Of a stretch of 64,000 nucleotides of DNA, positions 40,569-50,603 are shown piece by piece (within the stretch, counting starts at the first letter, position 1; every line of letters begins with the position of its first letter). The translations under genes were made by a program, and so were the position numbers. Source of the stretch: a bacterium (GTDB lineage: Bacteria; Actinomycetota; Acidimicrobiia; Spongiisociales; UBA5794); assembly GCA_024228555.1 (NCBI GenBank), contig JAAETI010000304.1, positions 6,229 through 70,228 on the forward strand. The letters run 5' to 3'. The notes under the pieces were generated by a model, which was given only the letters and a program-made list of their open reading frames with translations, had not been told where the DNA came from and searched no databases.

Positions 40569-41498
40569 CTACTGGTGGTTTTCCCACCAGCCGATTGTCT
40601 TGGTCAGACCCTCTTCGAGAGCGGTGCCCGCCTCGAAATCGAAGAGCTGGGCTGCCTTGGTGGTGTCCAGCTTGCGACGGGGTTGGCCGTCGGGCTTGGT
40701 GGTATCCCAAACAACATTGCCTTCGTATCGGGTCAATTTGGCGATTAGCTCGACTAGCTCACGGATTGTGATTTCGTGGCTGGTGCCGACATTGACCGGC
40801 TGGTCGCCGTTGAACATCTCGGTTGCGGACACGATTGCCCGAGCGGCGTCCTCGACATAGAGGAACTCACGTGAAGCGGACCCCGTGCCCCATGCAGCTA
40901 CTTCCGGCGCATTCTCATCGCGGGCGGTGATGAACTTGCGGATGAGGGCGGGTATGACGTGCGAGGTCTCGAGATCGAAATTGTCGCGAGGCCCATACAG
41001 GTTGACCGGCAGGAGGTAGATCCCGTTGAGCCCGTATTGCTGGCGATATGCCTGCAACATGACCAAGAGACTCTTCTTGGCGACGCCGTACGGGGCGTTG
41101 GTCTCCTCTGGGTATCCGTTCCACAAGTCTTCCTCGCGGAACGGAACAGGGGCAAACTTCGGGTAGGCGCATACGGTGCCGACCTGGACAAACTTCTCCA
41201 GGCGCTGTCGGCGAGCCTCTTCGATGAGGTGAAGCCCCATGGCCATGTTTGCGTAGAAGTAACGACCGGGATTGGATCGGTTGGCGCCGATGCCGCCGAC
41301 CTCAGCGGCCAGGTGGATAACCAAATCAGGGTTGGCGTCGGCGTACAGCTGGCGAACAGCGTCTTGTTCGGTCAGGTCGTAGTCGGCCCTTCTTGGGATG
41401 AAGAGCTCGCCGGCTCCAGCGGCCTCGAGCTGTCCACACAGAAACGAGCCAAGGAAGCCGGCGCCACCGGTCACGACGATTCGCTTGTCGGCAATCAC
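40569..41498 (-). CDS. fcl: GDP-L-fucose synthase
   Basis: [51 protein letters not shown]. Confidence 0.94.
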   Translation of the reverse strand: MIADKRIVVTGGAGFLGSFLCGQLEAAGAGELFIPRRADYDLTEQDAVRQLYADANPDLVIHLAAEVGGIGANRSNPGRYFYANMAMGLHLIEEARRQRLEKFVQVGTVCAYPKFAPVPFREEDLWNGYPEETNAPYGVAKKSLLVMLQAYRQQYGLNGIYLLPVNLYGPRDNFDLETSHVIPALIRKFITARDENAPEVAAWGTGSASREFLYVEDAARAIVSATEMFNGDQPVNVGTSHEITIRELVELIAKLTRYEGNVVWDTTKPDGQPRRKLDTTKAAQLFDFEAGTALEEGLTKTIGWWENHQ

Positions 41499-42535
41499 CG
41501 ACCGGCTCCGTTCCACTCGATGCTCTTGAGGCCTGCGTCGACAAGGGTCCTTTCCTGCTTCGCCAACTCGAGATCCGACTCGACCATCATCTCGACAAGC
41601 TCATCGAATCTGACCTTCGGTGTCCAGCCGAGTTCCTTGCGGGCCTTGCTGGCATCACCTTCGAGCAACTCGACCTCCGCGGGGCGCATGTAGCGGGGAT
41701 CGAACTCGACGTGCTTCTCCCAGTCGAGGTCGAGCAGTTCAAACGTCTTGTGGGCGAACTCCCGCACGGAGTGTCGCTCACCGGTTGCGATTACGTAATC
41801 GTCCGGCTCGTCTTGCTGGAGAATCAGCCACATGGCCTCGGTGTAGTCACCGGCAAAGCCCCAGTCACGCTCGGCGTCCAGGTTGCCGAGGTATAGCTTG
41901 CGTTGCAGCCCGAGCTTGATCCGGGTGGCGGCTCGTGTGATCTTGCGGGTGACGAACGTCTCGCCACGTCGTGGTGACTCGTGGTTGAACAAGATCCCGC
42001 TGCAGGCGTACATGTCGTAGGCCTCGCGGTAGTTGACCGCCTGCCAGAAGCTGTAGACCTTGCCGACCGCATAGGGAGAGCGCGGGTGGAACGGTGTTGT
42101 CTCTGATTGAGGTGTTTCCACCACCTTGCCGTACATCTCTGACGACGAGGCCTGATAGAAGCGGATCTTGGGATTGGTCATCCGGATCGCCTCGAGCATC
42201 CGTAGCGTCCCCAGCGCGACGACGTCTGCGGTGTAGATCGGGTTTTGGAAAGAGACGGCCACGTGGCTCTGTGCCCCGAGGTTGTACACCTCGTGCGGGT
42301 CGACATCCTGCATCAGCCTGCTCAGGCCGTTGCCGTCTGCAAGGTCTCCGTAGTGGAGGAACAGCTTGGCGCTCTCGACGTGAGAATCCAGATAGAGATG
42401 GTCGATTCTCTCAGTCGCAAAGGTTGAAGAACGACGGATCAATCCGTGAACCTCGTAACCCTTTTCAATGAGCTGCTCCGCGAGGTACGAACCGTCCTGG
42501 CCGGTGATGCCTGTCACCAAGGCTCGGCGTGTCAT
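41495..42535 (-). CDS. gmd: GDP-mannose 4,6-dehydratase
   Basis: [51 protein letters not shown]. Confidence 0.96.
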   Translation of the reverse strand: MTRRALVTGITGQDGSYLAEQLIEKGYEVHGLIRRSSTFATERIDHLYLDSHVESAKLFLHYGDLADGNGLSRLMQDVDPHEVYNLGAQSHVAVSFQNPIYTADVVALGTLRMLEAIRMTNPKIRFYQASSSEMYGKVVETPQSETTPFHPRSPYAVGKVYSFWQAVNYREAYDMYACSGILFNHESPRRGETFVTRKITRAATRIKLGLQRKLYLGNLDAERDWGFAGDYTEAMWLILQQDEPDDYVIATGERHSVREFAHKTFELLDLDWEKHVEFDPRYMRPAEVELLEGDASKARKELGWTPKVRFDELVEMMVESDLELAKQERTLVDAGLKSIEWNGAGR

Positions 42536-42677
42536 GACATTGTCTCCTCTTCTATGACAGCGATGTCCCTGCCGCTGTCTCCTGGTCCCATGTGATTGCC
42601 GTCCCCGCAATCGACGACGCGGGCTGAATCTAGCGCCACTCAGTGACCAGCGGTACGGGTGATTGACCTCAAATGGT

Positions 42678-43565
42678 TTACGAGTCGAGATCTTCGATGG
42701 TCTTTGGCCAGTCATCTTTGAGGAGCCGGGACAGCGACCGGTCGGCAAGGATTCGCCCCTCGGTCTGACACTCAGGGCAGTAGTTCGTTTCTCGTGATGC
42801 ATAGACGATGCGTTGCACCGCGGTCCCGCAGACGGGACAAGGCTCGCCGTACTTGCCGTGCACAGCCATTTTCGGGTGAAACGCCGTGACCTTCTTCGGA
42901 AAACCGTCACCCGTTTCCTCGCGTCGGATCTCCGTCCACTCATCGAGGATCTCTTTGGATGCGACGAACAGTCGATTGATCTCGGACTCAGATAGGTTGG
43001 TGTTCGTCTGCATCGGAGAGAGCTTGGCCCGATGCAGAATCTCATCTGCAAACGCTCCACCGATGCCGGAAATGAACCGGGCATCGGTCAGTGCTCGCTT
43101 CAGCGTGTGGCGCTCAGCATTGAGCGCAGAGGCGAACTCATCAGGGCTGGCTTCGCTGAGTTCGAGACCGCCCGGGTCGAGCTCGGCGAGGGCTTCTTCG
43201 CCGCGGACCACGTGGAGCGATGCCCGCCGCTTGGTGCCTGCCTCGGTGAGAAGGAGCGTTCCATCGGTGAAGTCAAAGGCCGCCAGCCCGATCTTGCCGG
43301 GGATCTGCTTGCGCTCCTCGTGCCAATGCAATCGACCGGCAACCATCAGATGTAGGACGACGAACAGGTCGTTGGGGAACGCAAAGACGATGCGCTTCCC
43401 TATGCGCCGCAACCCGGTTACCTGTTTGCCGAACACCGCGTCAAGGGGAGGGTCGTAGGTGCGCAGTGACGAGAACGACTTCACCCGGACCGTCTCGAGG
43501 GTCGTGTTGGTGATGCGCGTATCCATGGCATCGATGTAGGAGACAATCTCGGGTAGTTCAGGCAT
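42678..43565 (-). CDS. Fpg/Nei-family DNA glycosylase
   Basis: N-terminal MPELPE, RIGK, HLMVAGR, H2TH GIG..ADEIL, Zn finger CPVC...CPECQ. Confidence 0.92.
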   Translation of the reverse strand: MPELPEIVSYIDAMDTRITNTTLETVRVKSFSSLRTYDPPLDAVFGKQVTGLRRIGKRIVFAFPNDLFVVLHLMVAGRLHWHEERKQIPGKIGLAAFDFTDGTLLLTEAGTKRRASLHVVRGEEALAELDPGGLELSEASPDEFASALNAERHTLKRALTDARFISGIGGAFADEILHRAKLSPMQTNTNLSESEINRLFVASKEILDEWTEIRREETGDGFPKKVTAFHPKMAVHGKYGEPCPVCGTAVQRIVYASRETNYCPECQTEGRILADRSLSRLLKDDWPKTIEDLDS

Positions 43566-43566
43566 G

Positions 43567-44268
43567 TCAGCGGAACATGTCTTCGTTTGCGGGCCGCACC
43601 AGATCAGTCGCCCGGTCGGCCCCAGCTGCCCACTGCACACCACGTACAACGGCAATCGGGATCTGGGTCGACTTGCCCATCGCCAGATCTGCCGCAGCGG
43701 CTATCTCGTCGACGATCGCAACCTCGGTCGCCTCCATGATCCTGCCGTTGGCGTCGCCGAGCCCCTTGTAGTCGTCGATCACCTTCAGGCCCGAGACGCC
43801 AATAGCGACATCGGTCTGGCCCCGCCGCCATGGGCGTCCGAAGGTATCACTGATGATCACGGGCACATCTATGTCGGTAGCCTGTTGCACTCGCATCCGA
43901 ATCCCATGAGCGGAGCGGTCGGGATCGATCGGCAGCAACACCGCACGGTCGCCGGTGACGTTTGATCTGTCAACGCCGGCGTTCGCACAGATGAACCCGT
44001 GCCGAGTCTGGGTAATCACCAGATCGCCGCGGCGACGGATTACGGCTTGTGCCTCGTCTAGGACCGCGGCCCGGTAGGCGTCGTCGTCGCCGGCATCGAT
44101 GAAGCGCCCCTCTGCCTTCGATACGATCTTGTGCGTAACGACGAGAACGTCACCCGACCGAAGGTTGGTGCCGGATTGGTCGATGGCGTCGAGAATCATC
44201 TGAGCGACGTCATCGCCCGGCTCAACCTCGGGAATCCCGGTGACGGGGAAGATCTGTACTGAGTTCAC
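43567..44268 (-). CDS. cofE: Coenzyme F420-0:L-glutamate ligase
   Basis: GIPEVEPGDD, KIVSKAEG, CANAGVDRSN, DTFGRPWR.G, DEIAAAADL. Confidence 0.93.
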   Translation of the reverse strand: MNSVQIFPVTGIPEVEPGDDVAQMILDAIDQSGTNLRSGDVLVVTHKIVSKAEGRFIDAGDDDAYRAAVLDEAQAVIRRRGDLVITQTRHGFICANAGVDRSNVTGDRAVLLPIDPDRSAHGIRMRVQQATDIDVPVIISDTFGRPWRRGQTDVAIGVSGLKVIDDYKGLGDANGRIMEATEVAIVDEIAAAADLAMGKSTQIPIAVVRGVQWAAGADRATDLVRPANEDMFR

Positions 44269-45227
44269 GGGACCATCGTATCCACAAGCCACTCGCCAAA
44301 TTGCAGTCCCTGTACTTTGTCGCTGATCCTGGTGTCGGCGGCGACGACTTGGGTTTCTGCACTACTCAGCTCCGTGTCGGCGGCGTCGACCCGGTCAACG
44401 ATCAGCGTGTCCAGCAGCCCCGAATATGACTCCAGAATGCCCGCCGTCCCCGCTGCCATGCCCAAAGAGGTAACGACACGGTCCGCGGGTCCTTTGAGCG
44501 CCTTGCCGCCAAACAACGGGCTGATGGCGACCACGTTGCCCGCCGCCGCGATAGCCTCCTCAACCCCCGTGATCCGGAGTATCGGCCAGATCGATAGTGG
44601 TGGGTTGGAAGGGGCAATGACAACAAGGTCCGCCTGGCTGATACGGGCAAGCAGACCCGGCGCCGGCTCGGCGTCGGCGATGCCGGCGTAGTCGAGGGCG
44701 ACAGCCTCATCGCGGTGGCCGCGGGTCACGAAGTAGTCCTGGAACGAGAGCCAGGTGCCGTCGTCGATCTGAACCCTGGTGCGGATCTTGTCGTTGCTGG
44801 CGGGCATCACAGTTGCGGTTGCGCCGAGCTCGGATGCGATCTGCGCCGTCACATCGGCGAGCTGAACACCGTTGCGGAGAGCTTCGGTTCGGATGAGGCA
44901 GTTTGCCAGGTCACGATCGCCAAGCCGGAACGAAGTGTCGATACCGGTTGCGGCCATGGCGTCCATCACCGAGAACGTGTCGTCTGCGATACCCCAGCCG
45001 TGTGGTCCCTCAATGCCGGCCAACGTATAGGTGACCGTATCGAGATCCGCCGCTACGTACGCACCGTACATATAATCGTCGTCGCCTACGTTGACGACTA
45101 CCGTCAATCGTTCTGGTGCGACAACGCCGGAGAGCGCTCTCGCCATGCGGGCGCCACCAACACCACCACAAAGCACTACTACGTCAATATCGCGATAGAT
45201 AGGTCTCGACTCCAGAATGCCGCCCAT
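44265..45227 (-). CDS. cofD: 2-phospho-L-lactate transferase; start uncertain
   Basis: GGVGGAR, NVGDD, DLDTV.YTLAG, FRLGDRD, FQDYFV, APSNP.LSI.PIL, LKGPAD. Confidence 0.93.
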   Translation of the reverse strand: MGGILESRPIYRDIDVVVLCGGVGGARMARALSGVVAPERLTVVVNVGDDDYMYGAYVAADLDTVTYTLAGIEGPHGWGIADDTFSVMDAMAATGIDTSFRLGDRDLANCLIRTEALRNGVQLADVTAQIASELGATATVMPASNDKIRTRVQIDDGTWLSFQDYFVTRGHRDEAVALDYAGIADAEPAPGLLARISQADLVVIAPSNPPLSIWPILRITGVEEAIAAAGNVVAISPLFGGKALKGPADRVVTSLGMAAGTAGILESYSGLLDTLIVDRVDAADTELSSAETQVVAADTRISDKVQGLQFGEWLVDTMVP

Positions 45228-47991
45228 GTCATCCCCGGGGAACCCCAAACCAAAGATCGTCGCTGCCGTGCTTGCGCACGACAGTACCGAGGTTTCGGAG
45301 TCCATCTCCCGGGTTCGCAGCCAAGTCTACGGCACCGACCGGATCGTCGTTGTTGGGGCAGGGAGCGGAGGGAGACATGCCGCAGATGCTGCGGGTGTCG
45401 AGTGGATGAGCACGGTGCCAAATCTGCTGGGATCGATTGACTCGTCGATTACACACCTCTGGCTTCTCTACGCCGGTGCGCTGCCACGGCCCGACGCACT
45501 CGCGGCTTTGGTCGACGAGGCGGAGCGGACCGATGCCGCCGTCGCTGGTTCGAAGCTGGTTCATGACGACGAACCGGATCGCTTGATCGCTGTCGGCATC
45601 GCAACCGATGTTTTCGACGTCCCTTATCTGGGCCTTGACGAAGATGAGATCGACGCTGGCCAGTATGACGTGGTCCGCGACGTCGCCGCCGTGGCTGGGG
45701 TCTCGATGCTGATCCGTCGCGATCTTGCTCGTGGTGTCGGAGGGCCGGATCCAAAGATGACGCCAGAGGCTGCCGCAATCGACATCTGTCAGCGGGCCCG
45801 ACTCCGCGGTGCTCGCGTTGTTGTCGTGCCGTCGTCGGAGGTTCTGTTCCCCGCGGATCGATTCCGCACGACCGAGTGGCGTGAGGGTGCCGGACGCATC
45901 CGAGCCATGTTGAAGGTGTACAGCCTGTTGACTCTCTTGTGGGCGATCCCGATCCGTTTCCTGATCGGTTTGCTCGAGGCGATCGTGAGTCCGTTCCTCG
46001 GGCGTTGGACATTGTTCAACTTCATCCGCGCCTGGCTGTGGAACCTATGGCATCTCCCTTCGCTGCTCAGCGAGCGTGCCGCGGCGAGAAAAGGCAAAGC
46101 GTTCGGAGACGCCGAATTGTTCCGATTCCAGATGCGCGGGTCGGCAAGGCTCTCGGCGATCGGCAGCGAGATCGGTGACCGGTTGCGGTCCCGTCTTGAT
46201 CGCAGTGACAACCTCAGCGTCGCGTCCATCGGCAACGATCTGCGCCAGCCTGCATTCATCGTCGGTGTCCTTACCGTCCTCACGTCGCTCATCGCAGTTC
46301 GGGCGTTGTGGTCGGCAGGTTGGCCGGCGGTCGGCTTCAGCATGCCCCTACCCGAGTCGGCGCAAGCCGGCATCGGTGCCTACGCCGGCGGCTGGAACCC
46401 CGCAGGCTTTGGTTCCGTCGAGCAACTCCCGCCACTGGTCGGTCTCGCCGGCGTTGTCCAGTACGTTCTCTTCGGGTCGCCAACCGCAGCTGCCTGGGCG
46501 ATGAGCTTGGCGGCAGTCGTCGCCGGGATCTGGGGGACAATCCGATTACTCCGTACGTGGGACATCGAAGTGGTCGCTGGCTGGGCCGCTGGAATCGTTC
46601 TCGTTGCGGGCCCTGCTGCACAGGCGATTGGGGACCGGACTGCAATCGGATACCTGCTCGGGCTGGGCGTCTTGCCCTGGGCGATCCGAGTGACGTCTGC
46701 CCGCTGGCCGTGGAGCTTCGCTCGCAAGCTTGGCCGAATCGCGGCGACTGCATGGGTCATTGGCATGCTTGGGCTTGTTGCCCCGCCGCTTCTCGTCGTT
46801 CCCGCTTTCGTGCTCTTGGTGAGAGGGGTGCTCCGACCGGCAGACGTGAGGGCATGGGGCGCACTCGGGATCGCCTTGTTGGGAACGGTGATTGCGATTC
46901 CTCTCTTGTTGCCGTGGGTTGCGGTTGTCGACATTGGGTCCTACTTGACCAGCGGCTCGGAGTTCTGGACCCCGAGCCTTGTTCCGCTGTTGGCAATCGC
47001 CGCCGCGTTTGTGGCAGGGGCAATCGCCGCACCCGGCCGCAAGCTCGATGCCGTGATTCTCGGCGGCGTCCTCGTTGGTTCTGGTGCGATCGTGGCCCGT
47101 GGACATGACCTGGGTCTGGGTCGCGAGGCGGCCCTGTGTGGCCTGGCTGTCGTCGCCCTCGGGTCTGCTTTTGTCGTTGGCGGAATCCTCGATGCTTTGC
47201 GCTCAGCCGATGTCGCGGGTTGGCGTCGCGTCGTGGCCGGTATCGGTGGTGTGGCGGCTGTCGTCTTGGTGGCGACCACGGTCTTCCCGCTGTTCGGGGG
47301 ACGAGCCGGTCTGCCCGCTGATGATTTCGCCGAGCCCTTGCGTTTTACGACGGCTGCGGATGGCGAGGCAAGCAACTCGCGGATTCTCCTCGTTGGTCCG
47401 GAGGCGACGTTGCCGGGTGAATCACGGGTGGTCCGTGGTGCCGCCTACAGGGTGGTCTCCGCGCCAGTTCCCGGCCTCTGGGAGGCGGAGTTGCCCGAAC
47501 CGCGGTCAGTAGATGTTGCTCTGGAGGAGCTGCTCGACGCGCTCATCGAGGGTGAGGAATCGCGGGCTGGTGACGTTCTTGCTTCGTTTGGGATCCGTTG
47601 GGTTGTCGCTACTGGTGAGACCCCGCTTGAAGCAGTCTTTGACGGGCAGTTGGACCTGATCTCGCTTGGCGGAGCGAAACGCCCCACATTTCTGGTCGAC
47701 AGCGAACAGCCGGTGCGGGCAATTGCTACGAGTGGCGTTGCTTGGAGCAGGAGCGGCACCGGGTATGAGGGCGGTGTTGCGGAAGGGGACAGGGTCTTCC
47801 TTGCGGAGAGCGCCAATTCCCGGTGGGGAGCCGATCCGTGGGTGCAGTCGGGGTGGGGCAATGAGGTCTCCGCAGCGACCGGCACCGCCGAATTCAACCC
47901 GATCGAGTCACGTCGCAACCAAGCGGTGATGGCGGCGGCCCTGTTTGCCATCCTTGTCGTGTTCTCGGCGTTTGCGAGGAGACAACGATGA
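45226..47991 (+). CDS. Large GT2-like glycosyltransferase with many C-terminal TM segments (actinobacterial whiB-region type)
   Basis: HLWLL..GALPRPDAL, GSKL, DEIDAGQYD..RDV.AV.G.SMLIRR followed by multi-TM region; upstream of DUF5719-like gene. Confidence 0.75.
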   Translation: MSSPGNPKPKIVAAVLAHDSTEVSESISRVRSQVYGTDRIVVVGAGSGGRHAADAAGVEWMSTVPNLLGSIDSSITHLWLLYAGALPRPDALAALVDEAERTDAAVAGSKLVHDDEPDRLIAVGIATDVFDVPYLGLDEDEIDAGQYDVVRDVAAVAGVSMLIRRDLARGVGGPDPKMTPEAAAIDICQRARLRGARVVVVPSSEVLFPADRFRTTEWREGAGRIRAMLKVYSLLTLLWAIPIRFLIGLLEAIVSPFLGRWTLFNFIRAWLWNLWHLPSLLSERAAARKGKAFGDAELFRFQMRGSARLSAIGSEIGDRLRSRLDRSDNLSVASIGNDLRQPAFIVGVLTVLTSLIAVRALWSAGWPAVGFSMPLPESAQAGIGAYAGGWNPAGFGSVEQLPPLVGLAGVVQYVLFGSPTAAAWAMSLAAVVAGIWGTIRLLRTWDIEVVAGWAAGIVLVAGPAAQAIGDRTAIGYLLGLGVLPWAIRVTSARWPWSFARKLGRIAATAWVIGMLGLVAPPLLVVPAFVLLVRGVLRPADVRAWGALGIALLGTVIAIPLLLPWVAVVDIGSYLTSGSEFWTPSLVPLLAIAAAFVAGAIAAPGRKLDAVILGGVLVGSGAIVARGHDLGLGREAALCGLAVVALGSAFVVGGILDALRSADVAGWRRVVAGIGGVAAVVLVATTVFPLFGGRAGLPADDFAEPLRFTTAADGEASNSRILLVGPEATLPGESRVVRGAAYRVVSAPVPGLWEAELPEPRSVDVALEELLDALIEGEESRAGDVLASFGIRWVVATGETPLEAVFDGQLDLISLGGAKRPTFLVDSEQPVRAIATSGVAWSRSGTGYEGGVAEGDRVFLAESANSRWGADPWVQSGWGNEVSAATGTAEFNPIESRRNQAVMAAALFAILVVFSAFARRQR

Positions 47992-49379
47992 AGCGCATTC
48001 TCGGGCTGATCATTGTTGGAGTAGTGGTCCTTGGTGCGGTTGCTCTTCCCGAACCGCCCCCCGTTGCCGGGCCTGACTTCGTCGGACCTCAGGAGCGCGA
48101 ATCGGTCGCTGCAGCCACCGCCAGCGTTTGGTATTGCCCGTGGGTTGCCAGCGGTGCGTTGCGCGATTCAACAGTGATGATTGCGACAAAGGTCCCCCTC
48201 GCTGCTGAAATCACCCTGCCGCAGCAGATTGCGGATGAGGACGCTGATTTGGCAACGGTCTCCGTCGTCGAGCCAGGGGCGATGGTCGTACCGGTCGGTG
48301 AGATTGTGCGGCGGGGTGACACGCCGCTGTTTATTGAGCTCAGCGACGGACCTGCCTCCGTGGCTGTGGTCGAATCCAGTACGCAGCTATTGACAGGAGA
48401 CACCTGTGTCGCTCGCATCCCGAAGGTGTGGGAACTTCCTGGGGGAACCACGAGAGAGGGCAGGACCCTCACCCTGCGGTTGTTTAACCCGTTCCCTGAG
48501 CTCGCCAAGGTCAGCGTGAGTGGGGCGAGCGAGTCCGGTGAAACCGGTTTGATCGACCTGCAGAATCTCGACGTTGCGGCGCGGACCTGGCAGGACGTGA
48601 ATCTCAACTCTTTGGTACCGCTCCTCGACGATCTCGCGCTGACGGTCACTTCCAGCGAAGGCTTTGTGATCCCGTCGCTGGTGGTTGCCGGATTGACCGA
48701 CGAGGCGAGCTGGCCCGGCGTTGCGCCGTCAGCCAATTGGGAATTCCCTGTCGCCACTGTATCTGCGCAATATGCGCCGTCGCTGATGCTCACCAACAGC
48801 GGAAATGCACCGGTCAACGCAGTTGTGGACGTGTATACGTCAGAGGGAGCGACGATCAGTGCCCGTGAGGTTGTTGTCGATCCATCGGTGCCGCGTCGGG
48901 TGGACCTCAGCGACCTCGCTGATGGTGCAATGGGCGTTCGAGTCCGTGCGTCCGCTCCGCTCGCTGCGGTTGTGCTAGCCGAGGAGTCGGTTGCGGCCCA
49001 GCAGCCGACTGACGAAGAGGGCTTGATCGACGAGGACACCATATTGGGTGATCGCATTGCTGGGACGATCGGTGTGTCCGTACCAGCGACTGAGTGGCTC
49101 CTTCCCGGGCTGCAGGCGGTCGCTGAGGGGTCGTCCTCGCTTTGGATCCTCAACACAGGAACTGAGTCGGCCACCATCACGCTACAAGCGCTCGGTTCAA
49201 GCGCGACGGCGGTGTCGAAACAGTCTGTCCCGCCTGGCACGGTTCTGGGCGTGCCCCTTGGATTTGACGAGGCTATTGGCGGTTACCAGCTCGAGTCGTC
49301 TGTTCCGGTGTCTGTTGCCTGGAGCGCTGAGGCCACAACCGGGCTCATGTTTGTCTCCGGGACGGTGGTCGGTGGGTAA
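47988..49379 (+). CDS. Secreted DUF5719-like protein
   Basis: Signal anchor, WYCP, C..P.VW.LPGG.T, L.LFNP; syntenic position after large GT2. Confidence 0.7.
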   Translation: MKRILGLIIVGVVVLGAVALPEPPPVAGPDFVGPQERESVAAATASVWYCPWVASGALRDSTVMIATKVPLAAEITLPQQIADEDADLATVSVVEPGAMVVPVGEIVRRGDTPLFIELSDGPASVAVVESSTQLLTGDTCVARIPKVWELPGGTTREGRTLTLRLFNPFPELAKVSVSGASESGETGLIDLQNLDVAARTWQDVNLNSLVPLLDDLALTVTSSEGFVIPSLVVAGLTDEASWPGVAPSANWEFPVATVSAQYAPSLMLTNSGNAPVNAVVDVYTSEGATISAREVVVDPSVPRRVDLSDLADGAMGVRVRASAPLAAVVLAEESVAAQQPTDEEGLIDEDTILGDRIAGTIGVSVPATEWLLPGLQAVAEGSSSLWILNTGTESATITLQALGSSATAVSKQSVPPGTVLGVPLGFDEAIGGYQLESSVPVSVAWSAEATTGLMFVSGTVVGG

Positions 49380-49749
49380 CCCCGCGCTGGGTCTTGGCGT
49401 AGTTGCCGCCGTGATTCTGGTTGCAGCCGGTGCCGCCTACCTCCTGCGACGCAACACCGCGTTCCATCCACTCATCGATGTCTCAGGCCTTGGCCTGCCT
49501 GCAGGCATTGTCGTGTTCACCTCCACCGACTGTCCTCGCTGCAAAGATGCGCTTGCGGTTGCCCGCCGAGTCGATGCGCCTTTGCGTGAAGTCACCTACG
49601 AAATCGAGTCCGACCTCCAGGAACGGGCCGGTGTGATTGGGGTTCCTCTGACCCTCGTAATCGATGACTCCGGCACTTCGGTTGCTCAGTTCGCCGGACA
49701 ACTCAGTGAGCGATCGCTGCGGAAGGCGCTCGCCGGCGCCGGGTTGTAG
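49372..49749 (+). CDS. Membrane-anchored thioredoxin-fold protein
   Basis: N-terminal TM; VFTSTDCPRC; GVP cis-Pro motif. Confidence 0.7.
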   Translation: MGNPALGLGVVAAVILVAAGAAYLLRRNTAFHPLIDVSGLGLPAGIVVFTSTDCPRCKDALAVARRVDAPLREVTYEIESDLQERAGVIGVPLTLVIDDSGTSVAQFAGQLSERSLRKALAGAGL

Positions 49750-49798
49750 CGGAGGATCCACCAACGTTTGGCTTTGGCGCACTAGCGTCACGAACCTG

Positions 49799-50020
49799 AT
49801 GAACTACAGATGTACCCGCTGCACTTCCCCCGCTGACTCAGTGATGTCGTTTGATTATCCGGGTCGGTCAATGTGGATCACCGATATCGACGTGCTTCCC
49901 GAACCCGGCACCGGTTATCTGCTGTGCGCCGCACACGCCTCTCGTCTCGGGGCACCAGTTGGCTGGACCCTGGTCGACAAGCGTTCTCCGATGGCTCGGT
50001 TGTTTTCGGTGCCGGCCTAG
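49799..50020 (+). CDS. DUF3499-like small protein
   Basis: C.RC...A...SFDY....W, LCAAHA.RL.APVGW. Confidence 0.75.
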   Translation: MNYRCTRCTSPADSVMSFDYPGRSMWITDIDVLPEPGTGYLLCAAHASRLGAPVGWTLVDKRSPMARLFSVPA

Positions 50021-50031
50021 ATGGGTTTGGC

Positions 50032-50310
50032 ATGCCGATAGACCGCGACGTTCTTGAAGCCATCCGCGAGATGGATGAACCGGAGCTGCGTCGTCTGCTG
50101 ATCTTGGCCAGGGCACGTTTGGAGAATCGTGGCGTGTTCTCAGCGGAAAGTGAACCGGAAGTCAAGCTACGACGCCAGATGGTGAAATGCGGCAAGGATT
50201 CGTGCACTCAATGTCCGCACGGGCCCTACTGGTATGCCTACTGGTGGGAGAAGGGGAAGCGACGCTCTCGGTATGTCGGGAAGCTCGATGAGATTCCCGA
50301 GATGGCATGA
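50032..50310 (+). CDS. Small Zn-binding protein (DUF6788-like)
   Basis: VKCGKDSCTQCPHGPYWYAYW..GKRRSRYVGK. Confidence 0.7.
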   Translation: MPIDRDVLEAIREMDEPELRRLLILARARLENRGVFSAESEPEVKLRRQMVKCGKDSCTQCPHGPYWYAYWWEKGKRRSRYVGKLDEIPEMA

Positions 50311-50357
50311 TCGGGAAATTCGCCGAGGACGCCGAAATGGCGACTACTCTTGTAGCC

Positions 50358-50567
50358 ATGAGTAGGAGAAGAGGCGTCCCAGCAGAACCGTTGCAGTGTG
50401 CGGATTGCGGAGCCAACAACGTTATCCAGATCGAGCTCACGCTCCCCGACGGGACAGAAGTCAACTTCTGTTCCTGCCATCAATGTGAGGCGCGGTGGTG
50501 GGACAGAGAAGGTGAGCCGCTCGAGTTGGATGTCGTCCTCGAACTTGCCCGCAACACCGACGCGTGA
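50358..50567 (+). CDS. Small zinc-ribbon protein
   Basis: CADCG...FCSCHQCEARWW; TACTCT -10 box 7 nt before ATG. Confidence 0.7.
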   Translation: MSRRRGVPAEPLQCADCGANNVIQIELTLPDGTEVNFCSCHQCEARWWDREGEPLELDVVLELARNTDA

Positions 50568-50603
50568 ACTGCGGAATCCTTTCACTGAGCTAGCCTCTCG
50601 CCG

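Noticed and set aside
11439-42535. Polysaccharide locus as a mobile genomic island
   Set aside because: No integrase, transposase, tRNA or flanking direct repeats were seen, and no obvious compositional shift by eye
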